Assembly (NCBI GenBank): GCA_963714095.1
Contig: OY970230.1
Coordinates: forward strand, 388,740-452,739
Direction: 5' to 3'
Origin: Candidatus Gottesmanbacteria bacterium
GTDB taxonomy: Bacteria; Patescibacteriota; Microgenomatia; UBA10105; UBA927
Length of the DNA: 64,000 nucleotides
The position numbers and the translations under genes are program-made. Positions 9,367-18,500 of the stretch are shown here, piece by piece (within the stretch, counting starts at the first letter, position 1; every line of letters starts with the position of its first letter). The notes beneath the pieces were generated by a model that was not told the origin of the DNA, did no database searches, and was given only the letters and a program-made list of their open reading frames with translations.

Positions 9367-10698
9367 ATGATTGCATTACCTCAATCAGCTCAAAACATTA
9401 TAGATACCTTTCACAAGGCCGGCTATGAAATTTATGCAGTCGGAGGGTCTGTGCGGGATATTCTTATGGACCGGCCGACACGCGGATGGGACTTTACGAC
9501 GAACGCCACACCGGAAGAAACTCTTACATTATTCCCGGATAGTTTTTATGATAACCAATTCGGTACGGTAGGAATAAAAATCTCGGACGATATTTATGAA
9601 GTGACAACGTACCGAAGCGAAAAAGAATACAAAGATCACCGCCATCCGGATAAAATTCAATGGGGCAAAACGCTTGAAGAGGATCTTTCGCGGCGGGATT
9701 TTACCATTAACGCAATCGCCTACGACGGGAAAACCTTCATGGATCCGTACCACGGGCACGCAGATCTCAAAAATAAAATCATCCGCACAGTCGGAGACGC
9801 GAACGAAAGAATTGAAGAAGACTCTCTACGGATGATGCGCGCAGTCCGTATTGCATCAGAGCTTGGGTTCATGATTGAACCCGAAACACTTGCGGCAATG
9901 AAAACAAACGCCCCTCTCATCAGCGATATTTCTGCAGAACGAATTCATGATGAATTACTCCGGATACTTGCTTCCCCGTTTGCCGCAGACGGAATTTTAC
10001 TTCTTAAACAAACAGGGTTACTGAAAATTATTATTCCGGAACTCGACAGTGCATTCGCTATCGGGCAAAAAAGCCCCAGCCGCCACCACATCTATGATGT
10101 GGGCACCCATAGCGTCATGGCACTGAAAAACTGCCCGACTAAAGATCCGGTCGTTCGATTGGCAACACTCCTTCATGATATCGGAAAAGTACCGACGTAT
10201 AAGGTGGATGAAAAAGGCATCATCACGTTTTATAACCATGAAATGGTCAGTACAAAACTAACAAAACATATTCTTGCGCGGCTTAAATTCTCACGGAAAG
10301 ACACGGAAAAAATACTCACGCTCATCCGCTGGCACCAGTTTACGGTTGACGAACGGCAGACTGACAGTGCGCTTCGTAGATTTATCCGGCATGTGGGAAA
10401 AGAAAATCTTTCGGATATGCTGGCACTTCGGACCGGCGACCGTTTAGGAGGTGGCGCCGCGGAAACCTCGTGGCGCATGGAACTCTTTAAAAAACGGCTT
10501 GATGAAGTCCAAAAACAACCCTTCACCATCGCGGATTTAAAAATCAACGGCTTTGACATCATGAAAGCCTTAAATTGTAAACCCGGCCCGATCATAGGCA
10601 AAGTGTTAAATGACCTCTTTTCCAAAGTCGAGTCCGGAAAACTCCAAAACGAACGGGAAATCCTGCTCAAAGAACTAGAAGAACTAAAAAGGAATTAA
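9367..10698 (+). CDS. cca: CCA tRNA nucleotidyltransferase (PolyA-pol family) with HD domain
   Basis: VGGSVRD, EDLSRRDFTINA, ED.LRMMRAVR, LLHDIGK. Confidence 0.9.
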   Translation: MIALPQSAQNIIDTFHKAGYEIYAVGGSVRDILMDRPTRGWDFTTNATPEETLTLFPDSFYDNQFGTVGIKISDDIYEVTTYRSEKEYKDHRHPDKIQWGKTLEEDLSRRDFTINAIAYDGKTFMDPYHGHADLKNKIIRTVGDANERIEEDSLRMMRAVRIASELGFMIEPETLAAMKTNAPLISDISAERIHDELLRILASPFAADGILLLKQTGLLKIIIPELDSAFAIGQKSPSRHHIYDVGTHSVMALKNCPTKDPVVRLATLLHDIGKVPTYKVDEKGIITFYNHEMVSTKLTKHILARLKFSRKDTEKILTLIRWHQFTVDERQTDSALRRFIRHVGKENLSDMLALRTGDRLGGGAAETSWRMELFKKRLDEVQKQPFTIADLKINGFDIMKALNCKPGPIIGKVLNDLFSKVESGKLQNEREILLKELEELKRN

Positions 10699-10702
10699 AA
10701 AG

Positions 10703-11527
10703 TTATTTCTTTACACTTTTTCTCTTCTCCCATCTATCCCACAAAGTCAGTATCGGCGTAGCGACGAAGATGGAGGAATAGGCGCCTGATGTCGTGCCGA
10801 TTAAAAGCGCTATCACAAACCATTGGATTGTTTCTCCGCCTAAAAGCACCAATGCCAAAAGCATAAATATAATGGTAAATGAATTGGCGGTGGACCGCCC
10901 AACGGTTTCCGTCATGGCTTTATCGCAAAGCTCGTCAAACGGCAGGCGCTCCCCGCGCTTAAGTAGTTCCCGTATGCGGTCGAATACTACGATGGTATCG
11001 TGTACAGAAAAACTCATCGTGGTCAAAAATGCCGTGACAAACAAGGTATCCACTTCGATGTGATAGAAATGCCCGAAAAGCGAGAAACATCCGACGACAA
11101 CCAGAAGATCATGAATAAGCGCGATAATAGCCGACACCCCGAATTTGATATTTTTAAATGCGTACGCGACATACGCCAGTATTGCAACAATGGCAATAAT
11201 TGCTGCCGTAACGGTTTTTTGGAGTAGCTCCGCACCCAACACGGGACCGACGGTTTCATTGTGCACGACAGTCCCGGAGAGTGAAGCGGGAATCGCTGTA
11301 CTCTGCTGAAAACGCAATATATATGTTCCCGTAGAAGTCTTCTGATACGTTGTCACAGGGAAATATTTGTTCACGGTTTTCTCATCGGTTGCAAGCTCAA
11401 CGAGTGTCCCTCCTGTAAAATCGATGGACGGCCGCAGTCCCCAGCGGATCAATGAATATATTCCCGGCACAAGAACAAGACCGGAAATAATCATATAAAG
11501 CCAGATATATTTAGAAAACCGTATCAT
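10703..11527 (-). CDS. secF: Protein translocase subunit SecF
   Basis: IDFTGGT, ALIHD, SVHDTIVVFDRIRE, YSSIFVA. Confidence 0.95.
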   Translation of the reverse strand: MIRFSKYIWLYMIISGLVLVPGIYSLIRWGLRPSIDFTGGTLVELATDEKTVNKYFPVTTYQKTSTGTYILRFQQSTAIPASLSGTVVHNETVGPVLGAELLQKTVTAAIIAIVAILAYVAYAFKNIKFGVSAIIALIHDLLVVVGCFSLFGHFYHIEVDTLFVTAFLTTMSFSVHDTIVVFDRIRELLKRGERLPFDELCDKAMTETVGRSTANSFTIIFMLLALVLLGGETIQWFVIALLIGTTSGAYSSIFVATPILTLWDRWEKRKSVKK

Positions 11528-12831
11528 GTTTTCTCCTTATACATCACGCGGATAAATGTTCTGGTGACAACTATGCCGGTAAACAAGCTTGCAAGAACTC
11601 CGATGAACAAAGTTACGGCAAATCCGCGTACTGTGCCGGCGCTCGGCAAAAAATTCCAGTTGCCGGGGTTATAGAGAATCGTACAGGTAATAAGCGTCGT
11701 AAAATTTGCATCCCGTATGCTGTCCCATGCTTTCCCGAATCCCAATTCCATTGCCACCTTCCATGGGCGTCCTGATCGTTTTTCCTCTTTAAACCGTTCA
11801 AAAATAAGAATATTGCTATCAACCGCCATTCCCATAGACAAAATAAACCCTGCGATACCCGGAAGCGTCAGAGTAATCGGAATCCAGCGGAATACGGCAA
11901 ACGTCAGCAAGCCGTAAACCATCAAAGCCATATCAGCAAAAAGCCCCAGCCACCCATACTGGGCAATCATAAAGATAGCGACGATCGTGAGCCCCACAAT
12001 GCCCGCTGTAATACTTTTGGTAACCGACGATGCACCGAGCGTTGCCCCTACCGTTTCTTTCTCAACCACCGTAACCGGCACGGGAAGGGCGCCTGCGTTG
12101 AGCTGCAGGGCAAGCGTTGTTGCCTGATCCTGGGTAAATTGCCCGTTGATAACCGCGGCCCCGTCCGTAATTTCCTGTTTCACAACCGGAGAAGTAATGG
12201 GGGTGTTATCCAGGAAAATGGCCAACGGCTTACCAACGAGACGCTGGGTGACATCGGCAAACTTTTTGGCGCCCGCGGCAGTAAAAGAAATCGCAACCTG
12301 AGGCGCGCCCGTCGTACTGTCAAAGGTCACCTGCGCACGCGTCAGATCCTTACCGGTAATACCTACAGACTTTGTCATGGCAAGAAGATCCGCATACGTG
12401 GTCGTGGCACTTATCGTTGCGTTAGTATTGGTATATTCACGGAAATCCAGTTGCGCGGTCTGCCCGATGAGGGTAATTGCCTGATTCACATCGGATATTC
12501 CGGGAAGCTCCACAATAATACGGTAACTGTTCTGACTGGTTGCGGTTTGCACAACGGGTTCCGTAACACCGAAAAAGTTCACTCGCCGTTCGATTATTTG
12601 TTTTGCTGAATCCAGCGCAGATACGCGGTCCGCCATAGCGATATCTTTCATGTTTGCATCAAGAACCAGCTGTGTACCGCCAGACAGATCCAGCCCGAAC
12701 TTCGTCGTAAAATCCTTGTTAATAGGCCCTATGTGAAACCCCGGGTGATAATTTTGGGGCAAATCGATATATACGGCAAGCACCGTGAGTAACAGAATGA
12801 TGATAAATACGCGGCGGGGATCTTTAAACAT
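11524..12831 (-). CDS. secD: Protein translocase subunit SecD
   Basis: GLDLSGG, IIVELPG, AGALP, GMAVDSNILIFER, IRDAN. Confidence 0.96.
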   Translation of the reverse strand: MFKDPRRVFIIILLLTVLAVYIDLPQNYHPGFHIGPINKDFTTKFGLDLSGGTQLVLDANMKDIAMADRVSALDSAKQIIERRVNFFGVTEPVVQTATSQNSYRIIVELPGISDVNQAITLIGQTAQLDFREYTNTNATISATTTYADLLAMTKSVGITGKDLTRAQVTFDSTTGAPQVAISFTAAGAKKFADVTQRLVGKPLAIFLDNTPITSPVVKQEITDGAAVINGQFTQDQATTLALQLNAGALPVPVTVVEKETVGATLGASSVTKSITAGIVGLTIVAIFMIAQYGWLGLFADMALMVYGLLTFAVFRWIPITLTLPGIAGFILSMGMAVDSNILIFERFKEEKRSGRPWKVAMELGFGKAWDSIRDANFTTLITCTILYNPGNWNFLPSAGTVRGFAVTLFIGVLASLFTGIVVTRTFIRVMYKEKT

Positions 12832-12839
12832 AATTGAAG

Positions 12840-13421
12840 TTAACCTACTAATTCTTCTTCATCTCCGATAATCATACTACGAGACCCTTCAAGTATAGAA
12901 AGGGCAAACGGGTCGCGGCGGCGTTTGCGGAAAATGAACTCTTCCTCCGTCATCACGGTATAATTAATCTCCCGCTCACGCCGTACTTCTTCTGCCTTCA
13001 CCAGTTGGGAAAGCTCCGGCAATACAACATTACCAACGACCAATAAATCTACATCAGTTGAGGATTTTTTTGGCAATCCCCGAAGATATCGGCCTGAAAG
13101 CATGGCAAACTTTATGCGTCCCAGTTTTGCGCGTTGCTTAATAAGATCGTATCCCAAGCCCGACGTTTTTGCTACAAGATCCAGGAGATCGTAGTACAAC
13201 GGATAATCTTTGCGGAAGGAATAAAAGAGCCGGTTTGCCCGCTGCTCTTTTGAAACCATGCCGGCTTTCTCCATGTGGGAAAGTTCCCGGCGTACCGCAT
13301 TTATCTCCTCACCGACCTTGCGAACAATATCACGGACATGAAAAATAGTCCCGGGGTGGGTAAAAAATAGCGTCAATATTTTTACGCGAACCCTGGAAAT
13401 AATAATGTCTTCTAGCGTCAT
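12840..13421 (-). CDS. Winged-HTH protein with degenerate nucleotidyltransferase-like C-domain
   Basis: N-terminal HTH (HVRDIVRKVGEEINAVRREL), DVDLLVVG, REINYTV. Confidence 0.7.
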   Translation of the reverse strand: MTLEDIIISRVRVKILTLFFTHPGTIFHVRDIVRKVGEEINAVRRELSHMEKAGMVSKEQRANRLFYSFRKDYPLYYDLLDLVAKTSGLGYDLIKQRAKLGRIKFAMLSGRYLRGLPKKSSTDVDLLVVGNVVLPELSQLVKAEEVRREREINYTVMTEEEFIFRKRRRDPFALSILEGSRSMIIGDEEELVG

Positions 13422-13474
13422 AACGCTCCTCCATGGGGCAGAAAAGGCAGATTTTATGTTCTATTCACTATTTT

Positions 13475-14644
13475 CTAATATGTAATCGGCGTACCGGTCG
13501 GAAGCATTTCTATCCAAATCTGACCACGGTTAAAGCTTACCTCTTTACCGTTCGTATCAAAGAATTGGGTACGGGATGTTCTAACTGGTTTTTTCCAGGT
13601 AACTTTTATGATCTTTCCGTCTTGATAGAGAATGCCGTCGCCTGTACCGATATTGTCGTACAATAGATGACCGTGCTCATCAACCGGTCCTGTTTCATCG
13701 GCAAACAAAATGACCACGTCTTTAGCTGTGAGCTGTTCTTTTGTTTCTAAATCCGTTTGAACGACCCCGCCATTAAACCGTTTATAACTGTTCGAGGACT
13801 TATCATAGACCCATTGCACGGTATAATCCGAATATCCCTTCCATGCCGTGAAGGTTGCACTAAATGATGCGCCGCGATCCGACGCTTTTGCGTCGTCTTT
13901 AAACTTCCACGGTACGAAATTTTTATCCCAGGAAACGCCGCTTGCATCAACATTGGTCCATCCGCGTGTAGCAGCCAAAGATAGTAATTTATCCGACACA
14001 CACACCATGGTGTGTTCTGTAGCGACGGGATGATCCAAGCGATCGGGATTCCTGTAGCACGTCGGGAATGAAATACCGAACTGATCCATATCCTTAATGT
14101 TATATTCACCGATCTGACACAGTGCTTTGGCGCGATCATCAACGGTCGTATCGCTGCACACGCCGGCTCCGCCGACATGATTATATAAGGCATCGTATTC
14201 CAGTACCCAAGACAAAAAGTATGTCCGGGCACTCCGAACCGGAGCAAGATTTACTGACTGGGCTGCAATACCGCAGTAAAATACACCCATAAACCGCGTA
14301 ATACCGCCTTCCGCCACCGCCTCATACACGACATCGGCTGACGACAGACCGGATTGTGGTCGTGCGTCGACAGAATTTTCAATCATAACCGCAAGCGGAC
14401 GCCGTTTCTGCCAGATAGCTTCTTCCTGTTTCGTATACAGCTTCCCGTTCAACGGGCACGGCTCAGTACGGGGAATGGAAGGGTCTATAACAAAATGTTG
14501 TTGACTGCCAGTGGTTACCGCAGGAGAAACCGCCGTAATCGACTTGTTGCCGATATACGTAAACGTGGCATAAGATAAACCGCTCGCAATTAAATACACT
14601 GCAAGCCCGATAAACCCCGTCACGATAAAATGTTGTTTATCCAT
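13475..14644 (-). CDS. DUF3048 (YerB-like) secreted protein
   Basis: PLAVMIEN..DARPQSGLSSADVVYE..AEGGITRF, PVRSAR, GQIWIE. Confidence 0.88.
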   Translation of the reverse strand: MDKQHFIVTGFIGLAVYLIASGLSYATFTYIGNKSITAVSPAVTTGSQQHFVIDPSIPRTEPCPLNGKLYTKQEEAIWQKRRPLAVMIENSVDARPQSGLSSADVVYEAVAEGGITRFMGVFYCGIAAQSVNLAPVRSARTYFLSWVLEYDALYNHVGGAGVCSDTTVDDRAKALCQIGEYNIKDMDQFGISFPTCYRNPDRLDHPVATEHTMVCVSDKLLSLAATRGWTNVDASGVSWDKNFVPWKFKDDAKASDRGASFSATFTAWKGYSDYTVQWVYDKSSNSYKRFNGGVVQTDLETKEQLTAKDVVILFADETGPVDEHGHLLYDNIGTGDGILYQDGKIIKVTWKKPVRTSRTQFFDTNGKEVSFNRGQIWIEMLPTGTPITY

Positions 14645-15125
14645 GTATTTTTTCTCCGAAAGGTTTTGCTTTTTCTACAACAGCCTGTTCTTCTTTCGAC
14701 AAAGCCAGCTCTTTCCCTTTCCCATTACTCACCTCTTTAATATACCACCGATGACCCGTCCTGGCATAGAGTGAAGTCATCACAAGTCCATTATCATGCC
14801 CGTCCAACAATGCTAACGTAAAACTCTGACTCCCTCCCGTATCCGAAAACGGATTAAAACGGACCAGCCCGACCCGCTGAATATGGAGCAGTCCATCTCC
14901 CCTGATTTCGTCTAGCGCTTTATATAAATCCTTGGTCTGACTTTGCAAACCTTTCTGCGTTTGCAATAATGTCTCCAGAACTTCCTTCAATCCTGCCTTA
15001 TTGGTTACTCTTGTAAGAGTATTATAATGCCGGACCATGCGGAATACTATAACCGACAATCCCGCCACCCACGCGATGACTACAAAAAAAATAATCCACC
15101 ATACCGTATCTGAAGTGAACACCAT
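14637..15125 (-). CDS. DUF4446 family membrane-anchored protein
   Basis: VGLVRFNPFSDTGGSQSFTLALLD, LSKEE. Confidence 0.85.
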   Translation of the reverse strand: MVFTSDTVWWIIFFVVIAWVAGLSVIVFRMVRHYNTLTRVTNKAGLKEVLETLLQTQKGLQSQTKDLYKALDEIRGDGLLHIQRVGLVRFNPFSDTGGSQSFTLALLDGHDNGLVMTSLYARTGHRWYIKEVSNGKGKELALSKEEQAVVEKAKPFGEKIHG

Positions 15126-15241
15126 TGGTATTCATTATACTACGATTCTTATTACTTTTATGTCAATAAGATAGTCAGCAGACGTATGTAGAGTTGACAA
15201 GCGTGCCTGCCTCGTGCTACGCTCTCCGCACGAGGCTAAGT

Positions 15242-15520
15242 ATGCCTAAAAAATCAAAAAAAGATAAAATCCTCGCTGATATCAGACGAAGAGCACACAC
15301 TGAGCAGTCTGTGACAACCCATCTTCCGACGCTCGTAAAGGAAGACGCTGCTCCAACGTTCCGGTTCCAACTGAAAAAAGAAGTTGCTCCACATGCTCCA
15401 CGGGAGACAGAACAAAATACTTCCGAGCTTGCAGCTGTCAAACGGGATTTATACAAAACATTTATTCTGGCAACTTTGGCAATAGCAGCTGAATTTTTCA
15501 TTTATTGGTTTAAACGATGA
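15242..15520 (+). CDS. Hypothetical protein with C-terminal TM helix
   Basis: MPKKSKKDK... basic N-terminus, hydrophobic C-terminus; upstream TTGACA-18-TACGCT. Confidence 0.75.
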   Translation: MPKKSKKDKILADIRRRAHTEQSVTTHLPTLVKEDAAPTFRFQLKKEVAPHAPRETEQNTSELAAVKRDLYKTFILATLAIAAEFFIYWFKR

Positions 15521-15539
15521 GAGGAGGTGAATAAAGAAT

Positions 15540-15683
15540 ATGGCATCAATGTATTGTGTCAAATGTCGCGCAAAGAGAGAAGATCCTAAAGCCGTAAAAG
15601 TGACTATGAAAAACGGCAAGCCCGCAATGAAAGGCAAGTGTCCAGTGTGCGGAACCGGTATGTATAAAATCGGTGCAGCGTAA
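15540..15683 (+). CDS. Small basic CxxC..CxxC protein (DUF5679 family), 47 aa
   Basis: MASMYCVKCRAKREDPKAVKVTMKNGKPAMKGKCPVCGTGMYKIGAA*; strong SD GAGGAGGTGA at 15521-15530; missed by ORF track. Confidence 0.88.
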   Translation: MASMYCVKCRAKREDPKAVKVTMKNGKPAMKGKCPVCGTGMYKIGAA

Positions 15684-15708
15684 GTTTTTTGCAAAGAATT
15701 TTCTGTCT

Positions 15709-15734
15709 AAAACCCCGTCACATGACGGGGTTTT
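15709..15734. terminator. Bidirectional intrinsic terminator
   Basis: AAAACCCCGTCA-ca-TGACGGGGTTTT perfect inverted repeat between convergent genes. Confidence 0.85.
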
Positions 15735-15743
15735 ACTTTTGCA

Positions 15744-17093
15744 TCAAATATTTATAAACTTCCGTACGTCCTTCCAAACAAATTTAACCCCGATTGATAT
15801 AACATATGTTTCTGCTAATGTAAGACAGCATACAAAGGGTAAATAATAACGGCCCCAATCATTCATAAGATAGTATGTTAGACTCCCAAATACCACAAAT
15901 GTCCATAAAGGTAATAGATATTTTGAATCTATTTTATGTGTAAGGGATATTGAATGAACGGCCTGCCTTATCATGAGGAATAATCCAACCATAAATAAAA
16001 AGAGATCAACGGGATACGTTCGGTTATAGAAATTGGTATAAATTCCGTCTGGAGCTAACGTGTGAGAAAAAATCGCGATTAATGCATTCTTACGATTATA
16101 AATTGCGCTCTCAGGGGATTCAAACCAATATTGTGTTTTTGCATTTTCCAGTCTGCTATGAAACATATACCAGGAATTATATATTGAATTCTGATGGATA
16201 AAAGGATGCAGTAAATAGAAAAACGTAATCATAGTGATTCCAATAGTTACTGCCCCATAGAGCACCTGTCGTAAATTTCGATGAAATGATCTTTCTATTA
16301 GCAAAACCAGAAATATAAAAATGCTTAAATATAATGGAAGCATCAAGGCGCTGGCTTTCGTACCTAATCCTAAGGCGGCATTAACCCCTATTAACAGACT
16401 ATAAATAATAATTTTTTTGGTATTTCTTGTATTTACCGATGATATCCAATAGATGCACAATACTAAGTTCACTAAAAAGAAAAAAAGTTGCATGGAGTCT
16501 GTCATAGCATTTTGACCTTCGATACTCATTAAATAATTAAAAGTAAAAAGCAATGCTCCTATAAATCCATATATCGTATTAAAAATTTTTGATCCAATAA
16601 TAAATATTAAGCCGATTGATCCAATCGTAAAAATTATTCCGGTTACTCTGCCGATCCAAATGATTTTCAAGCAACTACTTAAAGTAGCCGGAAAAGCTGA
16701 AGGTTTTTCGCCCGACAGAGACTGCCACCAAAATTCTCCGTTAACTTTAATACTATTAAAACCGGTTGTCTGAAAGGTTTTTTCAATATCTTTTATTCCG
16801 GCCAAATGAAGGGCCAGGCCGTAAATATAAAGGCCAACCTTTGGTTGGGCGGCCCCCGCCTCATATTCCTCGCTATACCAGCGTTTGTCTTTCAGATCGT
16901 GTTTAACGAAAAGTAAATCAAAATAATAGCTTTTTCTTAAAAACTCATGTTCGTCTACAAAAAAAATATGATTTTTATAATCGTTAAAATACCAGAAAGA
17001 AGCAATTAATATAATTATTAAAAAGAGAATTTTAGATTTGAAAATGCTAATTTTTTTTAAAAATTCACTCATTGTTTGATCGGAAACACTCAT
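15744..17093 (-). CDS. Multi-pass GT-C fold glycosyltransferase (PMT/ArnT-like)
   Basis: FFVDE in the first loop, many TM helices, GTK, RYYLP; AT-rich. Confidence 0.75.
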   Translation of the reverse strand: MSVSDQTMSEFLKKISIFKSKILFLIIILIASFWYFNDYKNHIFFVDEHEFLRKSYYFDLLFVKHDLKDKRWYSEEYEAGAAQPKVGLYIYGLALHLAGIKDIEKTFQTTGFNSIKVNGEFWWQSLSGEKPSAFPATLSSCLKIIWIGRVTGIIFTIGSIGLIFIIGSKIFNTIYGFIGALLFTFNYLMSIEGQNAMTDSMQLFFFLVNLVLCIYWISSVNTRNTKKIIIYSLLIGVNAALGLGTKASALMLPLYLSIFIFLVLLIERSFHRNLRQVLYGAVTIGITMITFFYLLHPFIHQNSIYNSWYMFHSRLENAKTQYWFESPESAIYNRKNALIAIFSHTLAPDGIYTNFYNRTYPVDLFLFMVGLFLMIRQAVHSISLTHKIDSKYLLPLWTFVVFGSLTYYLMNDWGRYYLPFVCCLTLAETYVISIGVKFVWKDVRKFINI

Positions 17094-17167
17094 AAACGTA
17101 TATTAAGCGTTATCAGATCAAAAATGAAGAGTTTGGCGGAAACACGCAAAAATGGTATACTTATAGG

Positions 17168-17507
17168 GTACCTTGGAATCCGAATTCTCGCTCCGATCAA
17201 ATCGGAGAGGAAAGTCCAGACAGCAGAATGTGAGGGGATCCGGTGTAAGCCGAAACGGGTAACCGCTGGTCTTTCTTTGCCGAAAGGCAAAGATTGCGAT
17301 TCCTGAACTGACAGGATGAGAGAGTCGCAGAGACGATCATTTCCCTGTAGCCTGACGGCTATGGGAGATGGGTGAAACGTGACAATCCCACCCGCTGCAA
17401 CCGACGACATGTCCGTTACTACGACACATTCCGGAGGACAAAAGTGTGCGGGCACAAGAGAAATGAGAGTTTAGAAACAGAATCTGGCTTATGAGATTCC
17501 CGGGTAC
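17168..17507 (+). ncRNA. rnpB: RNase P RNA
   Basis: GAGGAAAGTCCAGA (17207-17220) and ACAGAATCTGGCTTAT (17477-17492) form P4; terminal P1 GTACCTTGGAATC/GATTCCCGGGTAC; internal GGGTGAAACG; upstream -10 TATACT at 17156. Confidence 0.9.
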
Positions 17508-17521
17508 ACAAAGATTCCCTC

Positions 17522-18499
17522 TTATGTAGAGGGATTTTTTGCACCCAAAATTGAAGTAAGAATTACTTGCAGGACTAAAACTGACGGCACGGCGATGACG
17601 GCTCCCCCAATTCCGCCCAATTGACCGCCGATCATAAGAGCAAGAATGGTCACTAAAGGTGAAAGTCCCACACTCCGTTTCATAACGATGGGAACAAAAA
17701 TATTACTTTCCACCTGCTGAACCACGACATAGAGAATAATAACGCTAATGGCAAGAACCGGGGAAACTGCAAGCGCCACGAGCACCGCCGGCACTGCAGA
17801 AATAACCGGCCCGATCATCGGAACAATTTCTAAAAGTGCTGCAATGATAGCAAGCGGCAGAGCAAAGTCTATATGGAGGATGATAAGTCCTATATAGGTC
17901 ATTACTCCGACGAACGTCATAAGAAGGAGTTCCCCGCGCACCCAGGCGCCCAAACGGCGTTCAGCAATCCTGATAATCTCTGCTACATTCCTGCCCGTGG
18001 TTTCTCCCAAAAAACCGGTAAGGGTCGTCTCTGCACGGCGACGTTCCACTATAAAATAAAACGTAATGATAAAGACCATAAACGTAGTAAAAATGTTAGA
18101 AAAAATTCCCAATGTCACAGAAAGAACGTTTGCCGAAAGCGGCGCAATTTGCCCTGATATGGTCTGAAAATCTATGTTCCAATACGGAAATACCCGCGCG
18201 GCAGTCTCTGGTAGTGTCGACGCGAGCTTTGTCGACTGAGAAACAATCGTTGGTACTGCTGACCCGACAATCACACCTAAAACTCCCAAAACCACGAAAT
18301 AAATAAGAAGCGTACCTATGGGCCGTGGAATTTTGAACCTACCAAGCCACATAACCATGGGGTAAATTGCCGTCATGAGAAGGAATGCAATGAAAACGAG
18401 AAATAAAATATCTTTTATCTGTAAAAGAAGCCATAATCCCGCGAGAATCGCGAGGGTCAATAGGACGGTTCGCAGTGATATTTCAATCTTCCGGAACAT
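17522..18499 (-). CDS. AI-2E (PerM) family transporter
   Basis: IVPMIGP, QQVESNIFVP, GGAVIAVP; multiple TMs. Confidence 0.9.
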   Translation of the reverse strand: MFRKIEISLRTVLLTLAILAGLWLLLQIKDILFLVFIAFLLMTAIYPMVMWLGRFKIPRPIGTLLIYFVVLGVLGVIVGSAVPTIVSQSTKLASTLPETAARVFPYWNIDFQTISGQIAPLSANVLSVTLGIFSNIFTTFMVFIITFYFIVERRRAETTLTGFLGETTGRNVAEIIRIAERRLGAWVRGELLLMTFVGVMTYIGLIILHIDFALPLAIIAALLEIVPMIGPVISAVPAVLVALAVSPVLAISVIILYVVVQQVESNIFVPIVMKRSVGLSPLVTILALMIGGQLGGIGGAVIAVPSVLVLQVILTSILGAKNPST

Positions 18500-18500
18500 A

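Noticed and set aside
17076-17455. ORFs 17090..17455 (-) and 17076..17306 (+)
   Set aside because: They overlap the RNase P RNA gene, which explains the region.
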